This document shows, piece by piece, positions 21,597 through 31,158 of a stretch of DNA of 64,000 nucleotides. Source of the stretch: Fidelibacterota bacterium. GTDB taxonomy: Bacteria > Fidelibacterota > UBA8477 > JABMPR01. Each line of letters starts with the position of its first letter. Positions within the stretch are counted from its first letter, which is position 1. The stretch covers positions 3,142 to 67,141 of the forward strand of contig JABMQQ010000174.1 of assembly GCA_013202495.1 (NCBI GenBank), given 5' to 3'. The notes under the pieces are model-generated. The model did no database searches. It was not told where the DNA came from and saw only the letters and a list, made by a program, of their open reading frames with translations. The position numbers and the translations under genes are program-made.

Positions 21597-21940
21597 GACA
21601 CGCTCCCCATATCAATAAGATCTTCAGACACTAAATAAATGATGATTGCCACAATATTAAGCTTTGTAAAGATTAAAACATTCTCCCTAAGGTCAAGCTC
21701 CCAATTACCGACACGAGCGATCCGTTGGGCTTCTGCCAGGCTCGTGAGGGCAAAGAGTATATGGGCGAACGGTGTAAGACGTTCATAATTCAGTCCGAAT
21801 TTGGCGAATATCGTTTCAACCTGCTCGCCTATCATCCAGATCCTGAGGTTAAGAAGGAGCTGGACGTCCGTTTCAAGCAAACTGTCCTCGAATTGGCAAA
21901 AGTAACCAGGTTTATCTTTTAGAGAGCTGGTCCGACTCAC
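21593..21940 (-). pseudogene. Fragment containing a PAS-domain remnant
   Basis: SLAEAQRIARVGNWELDLRENVL is a typical PAS N-terminus; the remainder is not recognisable. Confidence 0.45.
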
Positions 21941-22214
21941 AGTCCTTGATCATGCAACTCCCCCAAGCCCATTTAGAGAATTTCTCAGAACTTCCCTGGT
22001 TTTGCATGATGCTAGATTTGTAATTCAACAAGATTTGCTCCCCGCATTTCATTGCTATATGAATTGCTACTGAATGTAATGGAATATACCCAAATATTCA
22101 ATCTAATACATCTTGCTTACAATTCTTTCTATTGTATTTGCTATGTGTTTTATGATATGCTTATATTTGAACTTCTATTAACTGTGCATATATGCACAAA
22201 CGAAAGGAGCTCGC

Positions 22215-22712
22215 ATGAAGCGAACACACGTTACGCTGTTGTTGCTTGTCGTCGTCTTTTTTTTAGGATGCGAAAGTAACCTAACTCAACCCAGGCAATC
22301 TGAACCTCAACTAAATGAATCCCTCACGGGGTTTCTGGCCAAGGATCCGGTTATTGTGGCCAAACTAGATTCCATCATCCCTTCCGGGACAAAGTATGGA
22401 CTCCCTGACGACACCACCACCTACACAGCTACAGGTGGTGAGCAGATCCCTGCAGGTGGCTGGGTAGAGAATGACAAGGATCTGTCCTATGAAATTCACA
22501 TTTATTCAGAAATGAAGGTGACTTTCGGGAATTTTGACTCAGTCACCATTGATTATCCTACAAATCTAGATTATCTTGACAACTCAGATACCTGGGTTAG
22601 TCTTACTACTAGCAAGAAGGTTGGTGCTAAAGCAGTAAGGACAGGGAGTTTCGGGAGTGCATTCCTAACTCGCTCTGGTTATGGTGAATACGATGAGGAA
22701 AACGAAGACTAA
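22215..22712 (+). CDS. Hypothetical lipoprotein
   Basis: AAGGAG RBS; lipobox FLGC; acidic tail. Confidence 0.8.
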   Translation: MKRTHVTLLLLVVVFFLGCESNLTQPRQSEPQLNESLTGFLAKDPVIVAKLDSIIPSGTKYGLPDDTTTYTATGGEQIPAGGWVENDKDLSYEIHIYSEMKVTFGNFDSVTIDYPTNLDYLDNSDTWVSLTTSKKVGAKAVRTGSFGSAFLTRSGYGEYDEENED

Positions 22713-22725
22713 AAGTGGTTAATAA

Positions 22726-24279
22726 TTGAAAAAAGTTGAAAATGGAACGCCTCTCGCAATTGAGGCGTTCCACACAAAAGAATATACTCTATTTATAAGC
22801 CAGATCGGCTTTGCTCATCCCGGTCAGATGAAGGTAATTTTTGCCCAACCAGGATCTTTAGAGACGGCTAATCATCAGCTAAAATCAGTGATGTTAGCTG
22901 GTAGAGCGAAAATAGCTTCACTGGAAGGTAATTTTCCTCAAGCGAGTAATCTTTTTGATAGTGCATTTGATCTAGCTAGCAAAGACATAAGGACTGATGA
23001 TTCAGCCAAAACAAGATCCATACTTGCCTATATTCACTTTGAGTATGGATTATTCTTTAAAAAACTCCATTCCCCTGATCTAGCTCGCCAACAATTCAAG
23101 CAAGCACTGCTGTTAACCTCCTCCAAAAAGCTTAAACTTCTCATCGATTATTATCTTGAAGTTCTGGCGATAGAAAGAGGTTTAAAAAGCGATTTAAGTA
23201 AACTGATCAAGTTGGTAGATCGGTTTAATAGTGACAATCTATCTGTCATGTATATTCTTGGTTTGCAGAAACTTGGTAGTTTGTCGTCAAGTCGGAGAAA
23301 CCTAAGTGATGCAGAGCGTTATTACAAAGAAGCTCTATATCTTGCAGAACAGAATAATCTTCAATATCTGATATGGGCAGTTAAGAACTCGATCGGACTT
23401 CTGCTACACAAGCAGAAAAAATTTCAAGCTGCTATTGACCACTATGAAGGCTTTATTGATTCCGTTGAAAGTCATTATCTCAAATCAATTGTAATCAAAA
23501 GCCTAGCATTGCGATATAGGGTTTTAGGTAAGGAGAGCCAAGCCATCGAGCTTTGCAAAGAGGGTTTGGAGTACTCACAGACACATGGTGTTCTCTCTAC
23601 CATCCCTACCTATGCAACTCTTATTGGTGATCTCATTGTTGATTATACAGATACACCCCAAGAAGCCTACCATTACTATAAGATTGGATATGATGAATCC
23701 TTGCGTCAGCAGGAAGCCGGTCTGCCCATCACAGGACCACGACTTCGAGCAGTAAAAAAATACACAGAGTACCTCGCTTCATACCTTCCCGAGGATTTCA
23801 ATAAAATATCCGTGGCCAATTACTTTGATTGGGCACACAACAAAACCTGGGTCAAAATCCAGGACCTCTTCCACTACAATCTGTTTGTCTATCACTTCAT
23901 CCACACTGGTATAGGTAAAGCTACTTTTAAGCTCCTCGATATGGTGCCCGGAACATTTTACTCACTATCAAAGAGGATGCGGGACCTACGAGGAATATCA
24001 TTTCCCAATCTTCGCGATGCTGATATGACCCTCCCGCCAGATCTGTACATTGATCAGCTACAGAAGTACGTTCAACTTCATAGGGATAAGACGTTCAAGG
24101 CTATGACAGAGCAGTTTGAAAATGATATCTATGAATTCTTATTCAAAGAAAGTGGCTACAACAAGAAAAGTCTATCCGAAGCTTTAGATCTCAGTTATTC
24201 GGTTGTCCTACAGAAAACAAAAGCCTTCACACAGGCTTCTGAAGCATATCAACAACCTCGTCTGGAAGCCCCTCGCTAA
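22726..24279 (+). CDS. TPR-repeat protein with C-terminal tandem Fis-like HTH (putative regulator)
   Basis: Shares HPGxMK, KLKLL, WAVxNSIGL, YHFxHTGIG and LDLSYSV with 13948..15465. Confidence 0.75.
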   Translation: MKKVENGTPLAIEAFHTKEYTLFISQIGFAHPGQMKVIFAQPGSLETANHQLKSVMLAGRAKIASLEGNFPQASNLFDSAFDLASKDIRTDDSAKTRSILAYIHFEYGLFFKKLHSPDLARQQFKQALLLTSSKKLKLLIDYYLEVLAIERGLKSDLSKLIKLVDRFNSDNLSVMYILGLQKLGSLSSSRRNLSDAERYYKEALYLAEQNNLQYLIWAVKNSIGLLLHKQKKFQAAIDHYEGFIDSVESHYLKSIVIKSLALRYRVLGKESQAIELCKEGLEYSQTHGVLSTIPTYATLIGDLIVDYTDTPQEAYHYYKIGYDESLRQQEAGLPITGPRLRAVKKYTEYLASYLPEDFNKISVANYFDWAHNKTWVKIQDLFHYNLFVYHFIHTGIGKATFKLLDMVPGTFYSLSKRMRDLRGISFPNLRDADMTLPPDLYIDQLQKYVQLHRDKTFKAMTEQFENDIYEFLFKESGYNKKSLSEALDLSYSVVLQKTKAFTQASEAYQQPRLEAPR

Positions 24280-24523
24280 AAATTCTGTTAAATTTAGATT
24301 AAAATCAGTTTATCCTTCTATATCTTTATCTTATATTAAGATATAGGATTTATTTCCTGTAAAGATAATCGCCAGGGGGCTCACACGTTCGGTCTAGAGC
24401 TCCTTTCGTGTAAATAACCCCCTGGATGATCTAAGGCAATCTAAGCCCATTGCAAGAAATGTCCACGAGAGAATATTTTGGAGAAGAAATCTAATAATAG
24501 CTCTAAGATGGGGAAATAATTCA

Positions 24524-24808
24524 ATGACATATCCGTTTCAAAATGTTGATGAAGCTGGCAAAAGATCCGTCTGGAATAGAGGACTGGCGATTGATGATTA
24601 TGATTCAAATGTCTGGAGACATGATAGTTGTGGTGCTGTGATAAAATATTCTGAGCATGGTAACACCGCATCAAAACATGGCTGGGAGATTGACCACATC
24701 AAACCATCTGCTAAAGGTGGTTCTGATGATCTGTCTAATCTACAACCTCTGCAGTGGGAGAATAATAGACATAAGGCTGACAATTGGCCAGATTGGCAAT
24801 GTGCCTAG
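24524..24808 (+). CDS. HNH endonuclease
   Basis: GWEIDHIKPSAKGGSDDLSNLQPLQWENN. Confidence 0.9.
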   Translation: MTYPFQNVDEAGKRSVWNRGLAIDDYDSNVWRHDSCGAVIKYSEHGNTASKHGWEIDHIKPSAKGGSDDLSNLQPLQWENNRHKADNWPDWQCA

Positions 24809-24881
24809 CTAAAGGAACAGAACTTGTTTACAGCAATCACGAATTCAGATGAATTCACCAATTGCTTGAAGGAAGACTAGA

Positions 24882-25133
24882 ATGGTTAAGAAAAGAGATA
24901 CCGTTACTTATGAGTTAAAGGATGGGAACAGGGTTGTTTACGTCGGGACAACAAATGACCCGGACCGTCGAGAGCAAGAGCATAAAGACCAGGGTAAGAA
25001 GTTTGGTCATATGAATGTAACATCTCGGAAGATGACTGATGATGGTGCAAAGAAGAAGGAGTCTGAAAAACTTGCCACCTATCGCAAAAATCAAGGCAAG
25101 AATCCCAAGTATAACAAAGATTCTGACGGGTAA
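24882..25133 (+). CDS. Small GIY-YIG-like nuclease
   Basis: TYEL...VYVGTTNDPDRREQEH...E...YN; RBS AAGGAA. Confidence 0.75.
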   Translation: MVKKRDTVTYELKDGNRVVYVGTTNDPDRREQEHKDQGKKFGHMNVTSRKMTDDGAKKKESEKLATYRKNQGKNPKYNKDSDG

Positions 25134-25172
25134 TTCTGATTCAACAATCAATTTAAATTGGAGGAAACAAAT

Positions 25173-25322
25173 ATGGCAGTAAAACACACACCAACCGGGA
25201 TCGTTCACAACGGAACCAAAGGTGGCAAGACTGGATGTGGCGTAAATACTAAAGACCATATGAGTCACTGGGCAAATACACACACTAAAATCACTTGTGA
25301 CAAGAACGGGTGTAAGAACTAA
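25173..25322 (+). CDS. Small His/Cys-rich protein (49 aa; not in ORF track)
   Basis: GGAGG RBS; MAVKHTPTGIVHNGTKGGKTGCGVNTKDHMSHWANTHTKITCDKNGCKN. Confidence 0.7.
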   Translation: MAVKHTPTGIVHNGTKGGKTGCGVNTKDHMSHWANTHTKITCDKNGCKN

Positions 25323-25336
25323 GAGGCTTTAGTCTA

Positions 25337-25388
25337 ATCAGGTCTTACTTGAAACAATTGCATTCTGTAAAGTGGGTAAGACCTGATC
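25337..25388. terminator. Inverted repeat between convergent genes
   Basis: ATCAGGTCTTAC...GTAAGACCTGAT. Confidence 0.5.
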
Positions 25389-25393
25389 GTTTA

Positions 25394-25421
25394 CATGGTG
25401 TTAAGCGATGTTATGTCGAGT
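25394..25421 (+). other. dif/pdif-like 28-bp site 2
   Basis: CATGGTGTTAA-GCGATG-TTATGTCGAGT. Confidence 0.6.
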
Positions 25422-25440
25422 GGTCGCTCCACCTCTTTTC

Positions 25441-28165
25441 CTAACTTTGATACAATAGATCAATGTTTGCGACACCAGGAATGAGGAGCCACTCAAAAGC
25501 TTCTTCACTTGAAATTTTCTTGTTCAAAAACAGGATATAAGCTTCCGCAAAAGCATAATGTGGAACTAATGTTACTTTTTGAGATCCATTCGCTTGTACC
25601 TTAGAAAATGTATCGAACTCTGGTTTTCCTAAGGTGATAAGATGCTCGTCAGAAAAACTTACAGCTTTTGTGAATACATCGAATGCTTCATCCTTGTCAA
25701 TTGTTGCATCGTCTTTCTGCTTTGTCTTACACTCAAGCAAAGCCTGCTTATCTCCAAACGATATTGAGAAATCGGGGACCCCTTTTCTTCTACCATCGTC
25801 AAGTTGAATAACTTCCCAACCAAACATTTTCATCATTTCTTCGACTACTTCTTCATATTCATGACCGCGCGCAGAATAAGACCTCTCAATCAATTCCTTA
25901 ATCCCAACTTCAGCAGCTTTCCCCTCATGAAGAATTTTCCAATACTCATTTATTTTCTCAAAATACCTTCCGACAGCCTCCACAAGACCTTTCGCTCGGT
26001 CAAGGCTATCAACCCTTTTGGCTATTTTTGCTAAACTAGATTTTAGCAGTTGATTTGGGTCACTTAATCCCACTTCTGCTAAAGCCATGGCTCGTTGTCG
26101 TCCAAAACCTGGTACACTAAAAGATTTGGCCGCCACTACTATGTCAAGTGCCTCCACTGAAACTCCATACCGTATTTGATTTGAGTATATCAATAAGGAT
26201 GAGCCAAAGGCTTTATCGACACCAGAATCAGCTGAAGTAACAATCTTGGATAATCCAACTATCACCCATGAAACATCTGAAGCAAGAGTCTGGAATTGAC
26301 CGTAGCTTATAGAAGGGAGGTCGCGTCTGAGTTTTCGTTCACTAATACCCTTAGCCCATTGATCCAATCCATACGCAGCATTGACTACTCTATCATAGAT
26401 TGGTGAGCTCATGGCAGGGATTAACAAATTGGATTGATTCACACTTTTCCATGCGATTGTCTCTGGTTGGTTTCTTCGTGCAAATGGTAAATGTCTTTGT
26501 TTGGTACTTACATCGAATTCTGCTGAGGAACAGATAGCATGTAAAAGAGGGATACCAAGCAAACCCTCTTCAGTTTTCTCGTTATTTAACCTTAATACAT
26601 TAATAAGAGAAACACCAGTTGCCGGCAACAAGCCGGATCCTGAAATAGCAGTTCCTAATGGAGTTGAGACCAGCCTTGTGCTTTGTTCAACTAGCAGCTT
26701 ATTCTCTATTAACCATTGAACTGCTTCAGCAACTAAAGGTGGAACATCCTCAGTTTTCTTTGGATTATGTTCAAGGTGTTGGTGCCACCAAAATGAGCTG
26801 GCATAAAAATTATTAAGGCTATCTTCCGTGTTGCATATACCGCTAGAGATCAAATTCAGAACCGATTTCCTAATGCTTTTGGAGAATAGCTTTGAGGATA
26901 TTCTTTCCGCAGGAAGTGTTAAGTAGTTTTTTGCTTGAATAAACTCTGTTCTACTTCCGGTAATCAGGACGGAGAGACCTTTATCATCAAGACCTAATCT
27001 CCCCGCACGTCCAGACATGTTGAGAAATTCTGAGTGTGCAATCCATTCTGAAACCCATCTTCTGTAGAATGAATCAAAGACTACAGTACGTATTGGGAAA
27101 TTTACTCCTGCCGCAAGAGTTGGGGTTGAAAATACTACATCTAGATGACCTTTTCGTAAGGCTTCTTCAACGACCTCTCTCTTCAAAACTTAGATCCCCA
27201 GAGTGAAAAGCTGTCCTCCGTTCACATGTCTCTTTTAGTATTCCTACTGTTATAGTCAACTCACTGAATAATTCTATTTGCTCTCCCACTATAATCGCGG
27301 ATATATCTTTTTCTCTTGTTCCAGAGAAACCCTGGGCTAACTCAATTGCTCTGGGCTTCGTCATTGTAAAAACCAAAATAGGACCCAGCTTTAAATTCAA
27401 CAAATTATTCACTACATGGATAGTATCGTTTACTACATGTGCATTCTCTTGATCTTCAAATAATTCGTCTTGACCGTAGAGATTGTGAAAGAGTCGCCCT
27501 TCGTTCCATATCTCTTGTCTTAGTGGCACATCCCGATGTGAGATTTTTATCCCCTTACAATTAAACCAAGTTGATAGTTCATCAACATTGGGGACAGTGG
27601 CAGTTAATCCAATAAATTGAGCCGGAGATCCCATTCTAATTATAGTGCAAAGTATTTCTATTTCAGAACCGCGAGAAACGTCTGATAATATCTGAATCTC
27701 GTCAGCAATCACTACTTTCCCTTCGAATGAAAAATTACTTGAGGTTGTAATTAAAGACAAATATTTCTCATATGTTGAGACTAATATTCCATTGTCCCAA
27801 TCACCATCGACATGATCACCCGTAGCAATGGAGACATCAAACAACTTTTCTAATTCATCTCTAAATACTGTCTTGAAATAATTGTATTTTTCCTCAGCCA
27901 ATGCTCGATGCGACACTAAATAAACTGTTTTCTTGCCTTCAAGAGCCCCAAGAATTGCTGCAATCTCACCAATAGTAGTTTTACCAGATGAAGTAGGTGC
28001 TGAGACAACCATGCTACTCCCTTTACCCAGCCCAGATTCAATAGCCTTTGATTGAACTCTAGTAAAAGATTCCCAGCCCAATTTTTGGTAGACACTTAAA
28101 ACCTCTTCATTTATTCCAAATGTGCTAGCTTCTTTGAAATCCATTACCCTATCCCCAATTGCCAC
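25441..28165 (-). pseudogene. Ski2/Hel308-like SF2 helicase with C-terminal PD-(D/E)XK nuclease, split by a frameshift near 27175
   Basis: APTSSGKT, DEIQ, TAT and FHSG in the first ORF; TLAAGVNFP, MSGRAGR and PDF...LECK in the second; the break lies in an (AG)4 tract. Confidence 0.85.
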
Positions 28166-28238
28166 CTATAGCTATAATCAATGCTAAAGCTCTTTACACA
28201 AATTTGCCGTTATAGCTTCTATTGGCTTATCAATACTA

Positions 28239-28667
28239 TCATTTCTTCTTTACAGTGAATTTAGTTGTTAATAGTGTAGTTTTTCCAGATAAACTGAGTG
28301 ATGTTTGATCAAATGGAAAGCTATTCACGTATTCCGTATTTTCAGGTGGTTTGTGTTTGAAAATCATTGCCGCTTCACATCTATCTCTACTCGTTGAGGA
28401 CACACTACCAAAATTATAGCAAAGTATCTCATCTTGTTTCAGATGTGTTCTCCACTTAGCTAATTTCTCGTGATCCTCAATACGTTTATGAACGTTTTTA
28501 GATTCCCCAATGTATACCAGTTTTTTTAAAGTTACTGTTCCTCCCTTTTTGTCATGGGTGCAAGTATAGACGCAGTAGATTCCTGATTCAGATGGGATTC
28601 CACCCTTCTTCACTTCTCGCCAATATCCTTTGAAAATAATGTTATATTTTTGTGCTGACATTTTCAC
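28239..28667 (-). CDS. GIY-YIG nuclease
   Basis: SGIYCVY...VYIGES..V.KRI..H...CEAAMIFKHKPPEN. Confidence 0.85.
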   Translation of the reverse strand: MKMSAQKYNIIFKGYWREVKKGGIPSESGIYCVYTCTHDKKGGTVTLKKLVYIGESKNVHKRIEDHEKLAKWRTHLKQDEILCYNFGSVSSTSRDRCEAAMIFKHKPPENTEYVNSFPFDQTSLSLSGKTTLLTTKFTVKKK

Positions 28668-28703
28668 TCTCCAATTACACTTCGTCCTTTTAGCGCTTTA
28701 ACT

Positions 28704-28859
28704 TTACTTATCTGGAACCCATTTCGTCTCTGTTGTTGTGATTGTCCCAGTTCCTCCACATTGTGAACAACGCATAACACCTGGGTGGTGTGTGGGTTGT
28801 TTACCTGAACCTCTACAAGCTGGACACGCCATTTGCTTAGTGATTGTCTTCCACGCCAT
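28704..28859 (-). CDS. Small DnaJ-type zinc-finger protein
   Basis: CPACRGSG...CSQCGGTG; probable start MAWK at 28859. Confidence 0.65.
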   Translation of the reverse strand: MAWKTITKQMACPACRGSGKQPTHHPGVMRCSQCGGTGTITTTETKWVPDK

Positions 28860-28863
28860 AAAT

Positions 28864-28998
28864 CTATGGCCGGTAAGTTGTATTATGACAGTTCGGACAT
28901 GGTGGCAATGTATCGGTATTGTCATCTAGCTTTACTTGTTGATTACACTTAGTACAATAATATGTACCTTTACCTGGTTTTTCACCTGTCTTGGACAT
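28864..28998 (-). CDS. Small zinc-ribbon protein (44 aa; not in ORF track)
   Basis: MSKTGEKPGKGTYYCTKCNQQVKLDDNTDTLPPCPNCHNTTYRP. Confidence 0.75.
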   Translation of the reverse strand: MSKTGEKPGKGTYYCTKCNQQVKLDDNTDTLPPCPNCHNTTYRP

Positions 28999-29022
28999 CT
29001 TATTATCCCCTTATCTTTGTGT

Positions 29023-29253
29023 TTATAGTATTACACCTACTATTGAAGCTATCACAATATTTGCAATTTGAACTTTGAACCACTTCATTGACCATAGTTG
29101 GTTAAAGGTCCAGGCTACCCAAATTGTAGCAACGATTCCCATGGCGACATCATTCCACCATCCAAGTAGTATTAGACTCGAGTAAATGGCACATTGCCAT
29201 AGATATTTATTCATTCCCACCTCAATGATCATATTTCGACTGCAATTGCCCAT
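29023..29253 (-). CDS. Small membrane protein
   Basis: Hydrophobic ORF; start may be MNKY. Confidence 0.5.
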   Translation of the reverse strand: MGNCSRNMIIEVGMNKYLWQCAIYSSLILLGWWNDVAMGIVATIWVAWTFNQLWSMKWFKVQIANIVIASIVGVIL

Positions 29254-29334
29254 AATGTATCTTATTACATTCTGTTTACAAATATTATATAATGTTATGA
29301 AAGGCTACTGAGATTATTAAGCTTGGATAAGTGA

Positions 29335-29362
29335 GGTGCTGTTAATCTGCTTTATGTCGAGT
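29335..29362 (+). other. dif/pdif-like 28-bp site 3
   Basis: GGTGCTGTTAA-TCTGCT-TTATGTCGAGT; left arm resembles E. coli XerC arm GGTGCGCATAA. Confidence 0.65.
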
Positions 29363-29379
29363 AAGGGTAAAATGATGTC

Positions 29380-30180
29380 CTAATCAAAAAGTGATGGATC
29401 AGCAGTTTTGGGATGGAAGGTGCCGATGATCAGGAACGGGTTTGTACCAGTAAAGTGATGTGCTTGTGTCGTGCCTAGGAAAAGATACAAATCCTTGGTC
29501 TTTGCGAAATCATCCCAGTATTTCTTCTTTACATCTGCACAAGCTTTATCCTCATCACCATCATACTTCTCTAGCATTCTCCAGTACAACCGTCCAATTT
29601 CCCAGTCCTCGATCATGAGTCTACTGATATTTCCCTCATCATCTTTAAAAACGTACTTAAACTTATATGGTAACTTTGAGACTATCTTGAAAGGTCCCGT
29701 TTCAAACAAATCAGTCTGGTTAAACTGAGCTAGTTTCTTGGGGTCCCACTCTCGATCCACCTTTGATATAGTCATACCTAATAGTTTTGTGGGCTTGAAA
29801 ACTGCTAAAGACACAAGCTTTGATGGATCTCTAGCATCAGCGACCAATGAGTCTCTATTAGTATAGATATTGTTCAGTACTAATTCTTTTCTAGTTGTCC
29901 ATGTGCCATTTTCGGTTCCGATTTTATCCCCTAACTCAATTTTCTCCCAATTCAAAACCTTGTGGCTCTCGGGTCGAGGATCAGATGAGTTATTCTCAAT
30001 GTCAGCAATTATCCATTGATATTTTTTATACTGCTTGTCAAAATCCAATTTGCGAAAGGGAATTGGATATAGCCGAATCCAATCGCCGTTTTCAGTTAAT
30101 CCAGCGGTACACACCAATTCACTATACTTAGTGCTTATAGTGGGGTAGGTCTTTACCGCGATGAGGATTTTTTTCTTCAA
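29380..30180 (-). CDS. Conserved hypothetical protein, probable DUF488 partner
   Basis: VKTYP...ELVCTAG...WIRLYPIPFR...DPRPES...IEDWE; 8 bp downstream of the DUF488 gene. Confidence 0.7.
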   Translation of the reverse strand: MKKKILIAVKTYPTISTKYSELVCTAGLTENGDWIRLYPIPFRKLDFDKQYKKYQWIIADIENNSSDPRPESHKVLNWEKIELGDKIGTENGTWTTRKELVLNNIYTNRDSLVADARDPSKLVSLAVFKPTKLLGMTISKVDREWDPKKLAQFNQTDLFETGPFKIVSKLPYKFKYVFKDDEGNISRLMIEDWEIGRLYWRMLEKYDGDEDKACADVKKKYWDDFAKTKDLYLFLGTTQAHHFTGTNPFLIIGTFHPKTADPSLFD

Positions 30181-30188
30181 GAAGTATG

Positions 30189-31070
30189 CTATATGTAGGA
30201 TACACTAAAAGGGGTGAGTGAGCTCTCTATAAGCCTATTTATAACTCGACTACGGTGGCAGTAGGTGTGATCATACTCGAAGCAGGTGATCGCCACACGC
30301 TTATGCTTAGCAAATTCACTCAATATTTTTTGTAAGCTATCTGGTTCATCCTGTAAGACAGTATTCTCATATTCAGTGAATAAACGATTATAGTCGTCTA
30401 ACGTGTTCAAGTCAGCCCGTTTGTTGGAAGTAATTCCAAGCTCCGGAATATGTAAATATTCAATGTTTAGCTTCTCAAGTGCGTTCCTGAGTTGATTTTT
30501 TGAAAATCCATATTTCATACTCAATGCATTTTTCCGAACGTCAACAAGCATTTGGATATTGTTTTGAACAAGCTGATTTAAGTAGTGGTCAAAGCTCTTA
30601 CTCTCGTAGCCAATTGAATAAATACCAGGTTTAGTATCATTCGGTCTTTCTTCCTCGACTTTGGCTATTTGATCTGCAGATAGAATCGAACTAAGAATCT
30701 CGCTATTGATAGCGAAATAGGGGTATTCACAATAGACACGGTTTATCAGTTCATTGCCCTTAAGGTTTCCATAACTAATAATGAGCTTTCGAAGAGACCT
30801 TCTGTCATCAGGATTCAGCATTGAGAAATAATCAACATCATCGTCCTTCTTCCAATCGTCTTGATCAGCAAGAATTCCGTACTTAGTCAAAGTCCGTTTG
30901 TCGGCATAGGACTGGAAGGAAAAACAGCCGTATTTGTATGGGACGAAGTCATAGGCCGGTTTTTCCTGACCCTGAACAAAAAGAAATAAATACTTTTGGA
31001 GATCCGTATTCATGACTTTACCACCAAATTTCTGGATTATTGCCAGGATTATTTTTCTACGGTAATACAT
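30189..31070 (-). CDS. Panacea/SocA-like winged helix fused to DUF488
   Basis: N-terminal LQKYLFL...PYKYG; C-terminal SIGYE, LVDVR, HIPELG, CFE...CHR. Confidence 0.8.
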   Translation of the reverse strand: MYYRRKIILAIIQKFGGKVMNTDLQKYLFLFVQGQEKPAYDFVPYKYGCFSFQSYADKRTLTKYGILADQDDWKKDDDVDYFSMLNPDDRRSLRKLIISYGNLKGNELINRVYCEYPYFAINSEILSSILSADQIAKVEEERPNDTKPGIYSIGYESKSFDHYLNQLVQNNIQMLVDVRKNALSMKYGFSKNQLRNALEKLNIEYLHIPELGITSNKRADLNTLDDYNRLFTEYENTVLQDEPDSLQKILSEFAKHKRVAITCFEYDHTYCHRSRVINRLIESSLTPFSVSYI

Positions 31071-31158
31071 AACTATTATTTTCTCATCGCTTTAAATTAT
31101 TCAGCACTAAAGATACGAGGTAGGTCATTGAATTCAAACATACTAACTCTGTTTACAT

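Noticed and set aside
29244-29271. Fourth dif-like site ATTGCCCATAA-TGTATC-TTATTACATTC
   Set aside because: Left arm and spacer fit, but the right arm departs from the shared TTATGTCGAGT; too weak
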